A stretch of 64,000 bases of DNA from a bacterium. GTDB taxonomy: Bacteria > JAAXHH01. The stretch's first letter is position 1. Each line of letters begins with the position of its first letter. The notes beneath the pieces are model-generated. The model searched no databases, had not been told where the DNA came from, and saw nothing but the letters and a program-made list of their open reading frames with translations. The stretch covers positions 23,926 through 87,925 of the forward strand of contig OY762445.1 of the NCBI GenBank assembly GCA_963665755.1, given 5' to 3'. Below, in pieces: positions 9,651 to 17,446 of the stretch. The position numbers and the translations under genes are program-made.

Positions 9651-9718
9651 GATCGCGTCCGGCGACGTTCGCGCCCGGCCTTCAGATCGCGTCCTGCGAC
9701 TAACACGCCCGGCCTTCG
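9651..9718. repeat. 34-bp imperfect tandem duplication downstream of the SBP gene
   Basis: gatcgcgtccggcgacgttcgcgcccggccttca / gatcgcgtcctgcgactaacacgcccggccttcg. Confidence 0.8.
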
Positions 9719-9814
9719 GATTGACCGCGTGATTCGCATTGAAGCAACGGTTTTTTCCCCGGGCAAGCAGGATTGACCGAATAACTGAGAAAACGGAAAC
9801 GGACAGGCTCACCC

Positions 9815-10639
9815 ATGGAAAACGAACACCAGTACACCGAGATGACCGACGCGCAGCGTGAGCATCTGGACCAGTACGGCTATCTGGTTATCGAAGACGC
9901 GTTGCCCCCAGCCGTTGTAGGGGAGTTGAACGAGGGTATCGACGAAGTGTACGACAGGGCCCGGATCGAAGGCAAGCTGGGGGATAAAGACGATTTGAAC
10001 ATGCGGAACTGCATCGTGGCCCATGACGCCTTCCTGCAGTTGCTTGACTGGCCCGCAACCGTCCCCCTGGCCTGGGGCGCGCTCAGCTGGAACATCCAGA
10101 TGATCACCTCCCACCTGATCGTGCTGCCATCTGGGCCGGAGCCCTCGGAGGATGATAAGCGAGGTCACGGCATGCACCGGGATGGCGGCCGGTCTTTCGT
10201 TGAAATGCAGGAGCCCCATCCCCGCATATTGTTGAAGATCGCCTACGTACTCAGCGACCAGACGGACCCGGCATCGGGCGCCACGGCCCTGGTGCCCGGC
10301 AGCAACCGGATTACAGGCCAGCCGCCCACGGACCCGGCCACGGGCTGGCCCTACGGCGCCATTAGGATGAACCTTCCAGCAGGCAGCGCCTTCCTGTTTG
10401 AACAGCGGACCTTTCACAGCATTGGGCGCAACTGGTGCGGCCAAGATCGCAGGACCATCTTCATGGGCTACGCGTACCGCTGGGTGAAACCCATGGACTA
10501 CATCCAGATGCCCAAGTCGCTCGTGAACCGGTGTACCCCTCTCCAGAAACAGCTGATCGGCGAGGTGGGGGATGCGATCAGCTACTATCTGCCCGAAGAA
10601 GAGGACGTTCCCCTGAAGGCCTTTCTCGACGGGAAATGA
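9815..10639 (+). CDS. Phytanoyl-CoA dioxygenase (PhyH) family Fe(II)/2-oxoglutarate dioxygenase
   Basis: QYGYLVIEDAL, HRD, VPGSN, distal FH, RRT. Confidence 0.88.
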   Translation: MENEHQYTEMTDAQREHLDQYGYLVIEDALPPAVVGELNEGIDEVYDRARIEGKLGDKDDLNMRNCIVAHDAFLQLLDWPATVPLAWGALSWNIQMITSHLIVLPSGPEPSEDDKRGHGMHRDGGRSFVEMQEPHPRILLKIAYVLSDQTDPASGATALVPGSNRITGQPPTDPATGWPYGAIRMNLPAGSAFLFEQRTFHSIGRNWCGQDRRTIFMGYAYRWVKPMDYIQMPKSLVNRCTPLQKQLIGEVGDAISYYLPEEEDVPLKAFLDGK

Positions 10640-10648
10640 GATCTACCC

Positions 10649-12004
10649 ATGGCCAATGTCCTCCTGCTCATCTCCGACGAGCATAATCCCTTTTACTCTT
10701 CCGTGTACGGCCATCCTTTCGTTCAGACCCCAGCCATGGACCTGCTCGCGGAGAACGGGGTCGTCTACGAGAGCGCCTACTGTCCCTCGCCCCTGTGCAC
10801 GCCCAGCAGGTCCGCCTTCATGTCGGGGCGCCGGGTCCACCAGATACAGACCTATTCCAACTGCACAATCGGCGTGGAACCGGATATACCGACCTATGGA
10901 CGTGCCCTGGCCGAACAGGGGATACATTCCGTGCACGTGGGCAAGACGCACGTCTTCGCGCCGAGCAGCGCACTGGGATTCCAGGAGACGCGGCGCGCCA
11001 CGGAGAAAGCGGGCGCCGGCGACCCCGAGATCGGACGCCGGCCGTTCCGGATCAGACAGGCCGCCGCGGAGCGGGCATCCCAGTTCGGGGTGAAGGAATC
11101 CCATCTCCAGGTAGACATAGACCGCGTCGACGCCGCCATAGACTGGCTGACGAATACCGCCCCGAAACTCGGAAGACCGTGGACGCTCTCGGTTAACGTT
11201 ATAAATCCCCATTTCCCTCACTATACCTCGCAGGAACTCTGGAATCTCTATCCGCAGGGTGGCGATCTTCCGGGATACGGCCCGGATCGGGAGACCGCGA
11301 ACCACCCCAGGGCCCGGGAAGTCCGGGCGCACTTTCAGACGGACGCGTTCACCGAGGAACAGGTACGGGGACAGCGGCGGGGATACCTGGCGTGCGCGAC
11401 CTTCGTGGACCGGCAGCTGGCGCGGCTCATCGAAGCATTGAAGGCATCGGGACAGTATGACGATACGAATGTCATTTACACATCGGACCACGGTGAAATG
11501 CTCGGCAAGTTCGGCATGTGGTGGAAGTGTTCCCTCTATGAAGACGCGAGCCGGATCCCCTGCATCGCGGCGGGCCCCGGCTTCTCATCGGGTATCCGTG
11601 TAACGACGCCGGTGGACCTCCATGACGTGCAGGCGAGTCTGTTCGAATCGACCGGCGCTGAACGACCGCCGGACTGGGTAGGCCACCCGTTGCAGCGCCT
11701 GGCGGAAAGCGATGATCAGCGTGTCGTGTTCTCCGAGTATCATGGCCACGGGGTCAGGCACAGCGCTTTCATGATCCGAAAGGGCAAATGGAAGTACCTG
11801 CATCACGTGGAAGCGCCCCACCAGTTGTTCGACCTGGAAAAGGATCCCCATGAGCTGGAAAACCTGTACGGACAATTTCCGGACGTAGCTGCCGATCTGG
11901 AGAGGGAACTCCGCGCGATCTGCGATCCGGAAGCGGAGAACGACCGCGCGGACCGTTTCATCGAAACGCAACTCGCGGCCATGTCGTCGAGTGGCCCATC
12001 GTAG
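10649..12004 (+). CDS. Sulfatase, choline-sulfatase-like
   Basis: SDEH, CTPSR, GKTH, TSDHGEMLG..GMWWK. Confidence 0.9.
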   Translation: MANVLLLISDEHNPFYSSVYGHPFVQTPAMDLLAENGVVYESAYCPSPLCTPSRSAFMSGRRVHQIQTYSNCTIGVEPDIPTYGRALAEQGIHSVHVGKTHVFAPSSALGFQETRRATEKAGAGDPEIGRRPFRIRQAAAERASQFGVKESHLQVDIDRVDAAIDWLTNTAPKLGRPWTLSVNVINPHFPHYTSQELWNLYPQGGDLPGYGPDRETANHPRAREVRAHFQTDAFTEEQVRGQRRGYLACATFVDRQLARLIEALKASGQYDDTNVIYTSDHGEMLGKFGMWWKCSLYEDASRIPCIAAGPGFSSGIRVTTPVDLHDVQASLFESTGAERPPDWVGHPLQRLAESDDQRVVFSEYHGHGVRHSAFMIRKGKWKYLHHVEAPHQLFDLEKDPHELENLYGQFPDVAADLERELRAICDPEAENDRADRFIETQLAAMSSSGPS

Positions 12005-12031
12005 CGAGCCCATCGTAACAAGCCCATCTGA
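11994..12031. repeat. 14-bp-period triplication spanning the stop codon
   Basis: gcccatcgTAGcga gcccatcgTAAcaa gcccatcTGA. Confidence 0.75.
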
Positions 12032-12049
12032 GTACGCAACCGGAGCGAA

Positions 12050-13459
12050 ATGAGCGGGAAACGATTGCTGGGAATAACCGTCCTGGCCGACTTCATCCTG
12101 AACGAGGGGGTGGAGTCCGTGCTGGACAATCTCGTCGAACGGGCCGGCGCCACGGCCGTGGCGCTGAATCCCACGGTGACCGCGCCGTCGGAGGTAGGGG
12201 CCGGTTCCTTCCAGCCTCCCACCGACGCCGGAAGCAGTCCAAGGCTCTTCGATCGTCCCCTGTGGGGCCGGCGCTCGCTCTGGGTCCGTAGCGCGCCCAG
12301 CTATCACCCCCGGATCCCGTACTATGCCGATACCCCGTACAAGCCCCGCGAGCCGAACGAGTTGACCGACGAGCATGGTGATCTGGTCGGACGTTTCATC
12401 GACGCGGCCCTGGGCCGGGGACTCAAGGTCTACCTGCAGTTGAGCGGCGCGACGCCGCCCGGACTCCTGGACGACGACCGGCCGCGACGGCCGGATGGAC
12501 AACTGCCGGACCGCATGGCCGACACGGGATGTCTCGCCAGCGAGGCGATCCGGGCTTACATCGCGGCCTACGTGCGCGACCTGTTGGAGCAGTACCCTCG
12601 GATTACAGGGTTCCGGCCGGACTGGCCCGAGTATCCCTGTTACAAGCTGGACGAGGCCTTTCAGGATTTCAATCCACAGGTGGCGCACTGGGCGGCGGCC
12701 CATGGATTCGACTACGGGTCCATGCACCGGGAGGTCCTGGCGGCGTTCGAATATCTGCACGGACGGCTCGAGAACGGTGATCTGCTGGACTTCAGCGGTC
12801 TCGGCCGGGGCGCGGCGACGCTGGCCGAACTGCTCCGTTCCTCACCGGGTATCTTGGAGTGGATGCGCCTTAAATCCGCCCTGTCCAACGACCTGCTGCG
12901 CCACTGGAGGACCGTCGTCACGGCCCACGGCGGACCCGAAAAGGAGGTGTCGGCCAACGCCTTCATGCTTCCGCTCACCCTGTGGACGGGCTTCGACTTC
13001 CGTGAAGCGGCGAAACTTTGCGACGCCGTCTCCCCCAAGCTGTACACCATGCACTGGTCGGTCATGGTGGAATTCTGGGGGCGGGTACTCCTGAAGCACA
13101 ATCCCGGTCTGGACGAGCGGCTTCTGGTGCGTTCGCTCGCCCATCTCTTCGACCTGGGCGATGAAATCACGGCCACGCGCATCGATCAGTACAGGTATCC
13201 CGAGCCCGACGAGCCCCATCCCATTCCCGACGACGTCCAGAGGAGGCGGATCGAGCAGGTCTGCGCCGAAGTGAGCGGCCGCGCGCTGGTCACCCCGCTG
13301 ATGCATGGTTACGGCCCGCACCACGACTTCGTCCGGCGTTTCAGGGTGGTGGCGGAAAGTCCGGCCGATGGCGTATGGATCAATCGTTACGGGTACCTCA
13401 GCGACGAAAAGCTGGACGCGGTGGGGCGCATCTGGCGGCAGGTCCGGCGGCCGTCTTGA
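12050..13459 (+). CDS. Hypothetical protein, possible glycoside hydrolase-like TIM barrel
   Basis: Long GC3-biased ORF in the operon. GLKVY and CLASEAIRAY..VRDLLEQYP.ITGFRPDWPEY resemble GHL10/DUF187-type barrels. Confidence 0.6.
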   Translation: MSGKRLLGITVLADFILNEGVESVLDNLVERAGATAVALNPTVTAPSEVGAGSFQPPTDAGSSPRLFDRPLWGRRSLWVRSAPSYHPRIPYYADTPYKPREPNELTDEHGDLVGRFIDAALGRGLKVYLQLSGATPPGLLDDDRPRRPDGQLPDRMADTGCLASEAIRAYIAAYVRDLLEQYPRITGFRPDWPEYPCYKLDEAFQDFNPQVAHWAAAHGFDYGSMHREVLAAFEYLHGRLENGDLLDFSGLGRGAATLAELLRSSPGILEWMRLKSALSNDLLRHWRTVVTAHGGPEKEVSANAFMLPLTLWTGFDFREAAKLCDAVSPKLYTMHWSVMVEFWGRVLLKHNPGLDERLLVRSLAHLFDLGDEITATRIDQYRYPEPDEPHPIPDDVQRRRIEQVCAEVSGRALVTPLMHGYGPHHDFVRRFRVVAESPADGVWINRYGYLSDEKLDAVGRIWRQVRRPS

Positions 13460-13496
13460 CAACGCTTGTCGGACGCGGTGGGGCGCATTTGGCGGC
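13414..13496. repeat. 26-bp direct repeat (57-bp period) copying the gene 3' region past the stop
   Basis: ggacgcggtggggcgcatCtggcggc at 13414 vs ggacgcggtggggcgcatTtggcggc at 13471. Confidence 0.85.
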
Positions 13497-13514
13497 GCAG
13501 TCGAAAGGACTCCA

Positions 13515-15041
13515 ATGACCCGTCCCAACATTCTTTTCATCATGACGGACCAGCAGCGCTTCGATACCATCGCCGCGCTGGAGAACGACGTCATCCACAC
13601 GCCCAACCTGGATCGCCTGGTGCGCCGGGGTGTCTCCTTTACCCGGGGCTACTCGACCTGCCCCGTCTGCGTGGCGGCGCGGACGACCATCCGCACCGGC
13701 TGTGACCCGCCCACGACCCGCGTTTTCAGCAACGGCCGGTCCGCTCCTGTGCCTGGTCAGGCCGATACGCTCGAGGGCCGATGCGGGGACTATCTGGCTC
13801 GAACCCTGTCGGCGATGGGTTACCGAACCTTCGGCGTGGGAAAGTTCCACACGGCCCCTTGGGACGAAGACATCGGATATGAGTCCCAGTTGCACAGCGA
13901 GGAGCTTTACGCGAGCCCGCGTCAGCGTCGGGAGGAAGCCTACGCGGGATGGATTGCGCGGGAACATCCGGAATTCGACTATATCGAAGCGCTCATGGGG
14001 GAACGGACTGAGATGTACTACATGCCCCAGGCGAGTCCACTGCCCGCCCACCTGACCGTGGAATCCTGGGCGGCGGACCGCTCGATCGAGGCGTTGCAGC
14101 ATCCCGGCGATCGGCCGTTCTTCGGCTTCGTGTCCTTCATCGGTCCCCATCCGCCCTTCGCGCCGCCCGTACCCTTCAACCGGATCTACGATCCCGACCG
14201 TATGCCCGGTCCGGTGCGCGGCGAAAAGGCGGTGGACCACATGGACGAGCAGATACCCTTCATGAACCGGATCATCTGGGCGGACGAGATCAACGATGCC
14301 TTGACACGGACCCTAAAGGCCCGTTATTACGGAGAGATCACCTACATCGACGATTGCCTGGGACGGATACTGGACGCCGTCGAGGCCAGGGCGGACGCCG
14401 ATGACACGCTCATCTGCTTTTTCTCGGACCACGGCGACCATCTCGGCGACCATACGGCGTGGCAGAAGGAGAGCTTCTTCGACGTTTCGGCACGGGTGCC
14501 ATTCCTGGTAAGCTGGCCCGCCCGGCTGCCGCGGGATGTCCGCCGAGACGACCTGGTCTGCCTGACCGATCTGTTTGCCATCGCCACCCATGCCGCTGGA
14601 CAGACCCAGGTGCGCGACGGCGTCGACGTACTCGGCGCAATTGAAGGCAGCGTCTCGCCGAGGGAGTGCCTCTTCGGATATTACGGCGAGCCGGGAACGG
14701 ACCGGTTCAAAATCATGGTCCGAAGCGGAGACTGGAAGTACATTTACCTGGCCAACGGAGGCGGGGAGCAACTCTTCAATACGGTCGAAGACCCCGCCGA
14801 GATCGCGAACAGGATCGAGGTCGATCGGGACGTGGCGGACGGTCTGTACCGCCGCGCAGTGGAGGCCTGCGGCCATCCGGGCGCTACCGATGCCCTGGAC
14901 GGCGAGAACCTGCGGTACTTTCCCTACACCAGGTGGAAGGCCTCGCGGATATACCAGTTTGACCGTTCGCGGGACGTGCGGGGGTTTCCCGGGCATCCTC
15001 GCGAAGTGCTGGGTCCCTGGGTCCGTCGCGGCCGCAGATAA
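13515..15041 (+). CDS. Sulfatase with non-canonical CxAxR motif
   Basis: MTRPNILFIMTDQQR, CVAAR, GKFH, GPHPPF, SDHGD; AAGGA SD before ATG 13515. Confidence 0.9.
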   Translation: MTRPNILFIMTDQQRFDTIAALENDVIHTPNLDRLVRRGVSFTRGYSTCPVCVAARTTIRTGCDPPTTRVFSNGRSAPVPGQADTLEGRCGDYLARTLSAMGYRTFGVGKFHTAPWDEDIGYESQLHSEELYASPRQRREEAYAGWIAREHPEFDYIEALMGERTEMYYMPQASPLPAHLTVESWAADRSIEALQHPGDRPFFGFVSFIGPHPPFAPPVPFNRIYDPDRMPGPVRGEKAVDHMDEQIPFMNRIIWADEINDALTRTLKARYYGEITYIDDCLGRILDAVEARADADDTLICFFSDHGDHLGDHTAWQKESFFDVSARVPFLVSWPARLPRDVRRDDLVCLTDLFAIATHAAGQTQVRDGVDVLGAIEGSVSPRECLFGYYGEPGTDRFKIMVRSGDWKYIYLANGGGEQLFNTVEDPAEIANRIEVDRDVADGLYRRAVEACGHPGATDALDGENLRYFPYTRWKASRIYQFDRSRDVRGFPGHPREVLGPWVRRGRR

Positions 15042-15110
15042 GAACCAGCGCGGCCGGAGATAAGAACGGTATCGGCCGCAAATAAGAAGCGGCACGGCCG
15101 GAGACAAGTC
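15029..15110. repeat. 22-bp-period four-copy repeat spanning the sulfatase stop codon
   Basis: Units at 15029, 15051, 15073, 15095: cggccgcagataagaa / cggccggagataagaa / cggccgcaaataagaa / cggccggagacaag. Confidence 0.85.
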
Positions 15111-15179
15111 TCAGGTTTTCCCCGCAATGTCATTCGCGGGAATCCGCGCTCGAATGGGCGCAGAGGAAGAGTTCATACC

Positions 15180-16526
15180 GTGAACCCCGTTGATACATCC
15201 ACCGCAGTCCCGGCATCGGTCATGCCTTCCGCGGGGGGCGACCCGGTCCCCGTCCCGGCGTTTCACGTGATGATGAAACCTCGGGGGGCCATCTGCAATC
15301 TAGACTGCAAGTACTGCTACTTCCTCGCGAAGGAGGACCTGTACCCGGGCAGTGGATTCCGCATGTCCGAAAACCTGCTCGAAGAATACGTCCGGCAGTA
15401 CATCGAGGCCCAGCAGGTACCGGAAGTCACCTTTGCCTGGCAGGGCGGCGAGCCCACGCTCATGGGACTGGACTTCTTCCGCAAAGCCGTTGAATTCCAG
15501 AAAAAACACCAGAAACCGGGAACGCGGCTATTCAACTCGCTGCAGACCAATGGTACGCTCCTCGACCGGGACTGGTGCCGGTTCTTTCATGAGAACGATT
15601 TCCTGATCGGTCTTAGCCTGGACGGCCCCCGGGCGCTGCACGACGCCTACCGGGTCGACAAGGGCGGCAAGCCGACCTTCGACACCGTGATGCGCGCCGC
15701 CGAGATGATGCAGTCCCACGAGGTCGAATTCAACATTCTGACCACGGTGCACGCGGCGAACGCGGGGCACCCCGTTGAAGTCTATCGCTTCATGCGGGAC
15801 GTGGTGAAGACCCGCTTTATCCAGTTCATTCCCATCGTGGAACGGGACAACGAGACAGGGTACCAGGAAGGCAACGAAGTGACGAACCGGTCGGTGACGG
15901 GGAAGCAGTACGGCCGGTTCCTGATCGGGATTTTCGACGAATGGGTACGCCGGGACGTGGGGAATATGTACGTGCAGATATTCGACGTGTCGCTCGCGGC
16001 CTGGTCGGGCCAGAGCCCGGGTCTCTGCATATTCATGGAGACCTGCGGCGATGCCCTCGCCCTGGAGCACAACGGGGATCTATATTCCTGTGATCACTAT
16101 GTCGAACCGGATTACAGGCTGGGAAATATCACCGAAATACCCATGATGGATATGGTCCTGTCTGAACAGCAGCGGGCCTTTGGACAGGCCAAACTGGACA
16201 CGCTTCCTCAATACTGCCTGTCATGCGACGTGCGGTTCATCTGCAACGGGGGTTGTCCGAAGAATCGTATCATAAACACGCCCGACGGCGAACCGGGCCT
16301 GAACTACCTGTGCGAGGGGTACAAGGCCTTCTTCCACCACATCGACGGACCCATGCGGTTCATGGCCAATGAACTGCGCCACAGGCGGGCTCCCGCCAAC
16401 GTGATGTCGTACATCCGCCAGCGCGAATCCGAACTTCACAGACAGCAGCAGTTTCAATCGGTGGGGCGAAACGACCCCTGTCCGTGCGGAAGCGGCCTCA
16501 AATACAAGCGGTGCCACGGCAGGTAG
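15180..16526 (+). CDS. Anaerobic sulfatase maturase (radical SAM/SPASM, AslB/AtsB-like) with C-terminal SEC-C motif
   Basis: CNLDCKYC, WQGGEP, YSCDH, SPASM cysteines, GRNDPCPCGSGLKYKRCHG. Confidence 0.95.
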   Translation: MNPVDTSTAVPASVMPSAGGDPVPVPAFHVMMKPRGAICNLDCKYCYFLAKEDLYPGSGFRMSENLLEEYVRQYIEAQQVPEVTFAWQGGEPTLMGLDFFRKAVEFQKKHQKPGTRLFNSLQTNGTLLDRDWCRFFHENDFLIGLSLDGPRALHDAYRVDKGGKPTFDTVMRAAEMMQSHEVEFNILTTVHAANAGHPVEVYRFMRDVVKTRFIQFIPIVERDNETGYQEGNEVTNRSVTGKQYGRFLIGIFDEWVRRDVGNMYVQIFDVSLAAWSGQSPGLCIFMETCGDALALEHNGDLYSCDHYVEPDYRLGNITEIPMMDMVLSEQQRAFGQAKLDTLPQYCLSCDVRFICNGGCPKNRIINTPDGEPGLNYLCEGYKAFFHHIDGPMRFMANELRHRRAPANVMSYIRQRESELHRQQQFQSVGRNDPCPCGSGLKYKRCHGR

Positions 16527-16594
16527 GACGGCTTGCCTGCATACCGCCCGGCACCAGCCGGGACAGGGTCCGGACGACCGATCCTTAATTCAAA

Positions 16595-17248
16595 TCACAT
16601 ATAGTAGCCGCGTTCCACCGCGAGGGTCAGGGAAAGCTCGATATCCGAAATCGCCCTCGACATGGCCTGGCCGATGAGGTCCAGCTTGCGCACCTGGTCG
16701 ATGCGTTCGGTGGCCTGCGCGAGTTCCCGCGAGGACAGGATCTCCTTGAAGAGATTGCACGCGTGGGCGAGGTTGATGATCACGACGTCGCGCGGACCGG
16801 GGATCTTTTCGCTGAACAGCACTTCCATGATCCGGAGCTTGACTTCACGCTCGGCCGTTCCGTCGATGGTGGGATAGCGCCGCGACCGGAACACCCACAG
16901 GAAATTCCCTTCTTCCCTGCTCAGGATACCCCGTTCCACGAGCCGGTCGATAGCCGTCTCTCGGATGTCGTCGGCACGGTCGACCGCGTGTTCGATCCAG
17001 TACCGAGCCCCATGCGTTTCGGGTGAGGCCGAGATATCCGCCAAAATGGGGTCGAGGAGATTGTCGCCCAGGGGGTTAGAGTCCACGAGGACCAGCTTGT
17101 CGACATCGGTATCGATACGGTTCTCGAGTGCCAGGTCCATCAGAACGCCTCCGGCAAGGCCATACCGCAAGAGGCGGTCGGGCACCCCCAGGAACTTCCC
17201 GTCGTCGTCGAGCGTCAGCAACATGATCTCTTCCGCGAATCTTAACAT
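16595..17248 (-). CDS. GPP34 / GOLPH3-Vps74 family protein
   Basis: FAEEIMLL, LAGGVLMDLAL.NRI, LVERGIL...FLWVF..RYP; start MLRF after a GGAG SD. Confidence 0.8.
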   Translation of the reverse strand: MLRFAEEIMLLTLDDDGKFLGVPDRLLRYGLAGGVLMDLALENRIDTDVDKLVLVDSNPLGDNLLDPILADISASPETHGARYWIEHAVDRADDIRETAIDRLVERGILSREEGNFLWVFRSRRYPTIDGTAEREVKLRIMEVLFSEKIPGPRDVVIINLAHACNLFKEILSSRELAQATERIDQVRKLDLIGQAMSRAISDIELSLTLAVERGYYM

Positions 17249-17446
17249 CTTCTCTCCCGGTTTGAAATTCGTTTTAGTGCATGCCGCAGGCGGGCGACCC
17301 TGGCATCTCCGAAGTTTCTCATGTATCAATAGCCATCCTGAATAGCCATCTTGAATTCACTTATCAAATTGAAGTTTTTTATACGTGTCCATTTTCGCGC
17401 CTGCTGTCAAGAGAATTAGACCCCTGTCGAGGGCCGACGATCCGCT

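Noticed and set aside
13305-13514. N-terminal extensions in the ORF track (also 25178, 25789, 50142, 51859, 56438, 60705)
   Set aside because: They overlap upstream genes or intergenic DNA; downstream starts fit family N-termini or SDs.
15029-15110. 16-bp conserved plus 6-bp variable units as a mini-CRISPR
   Set aside because: The linkers are far too short and the repeats are degenerate.
2191-16526. Selenoproteins near selD
   Set aside because: SelD has Cys, and neighbouring TGA codons coincide with natural protein ends. I saw no interrupted homologous frame.
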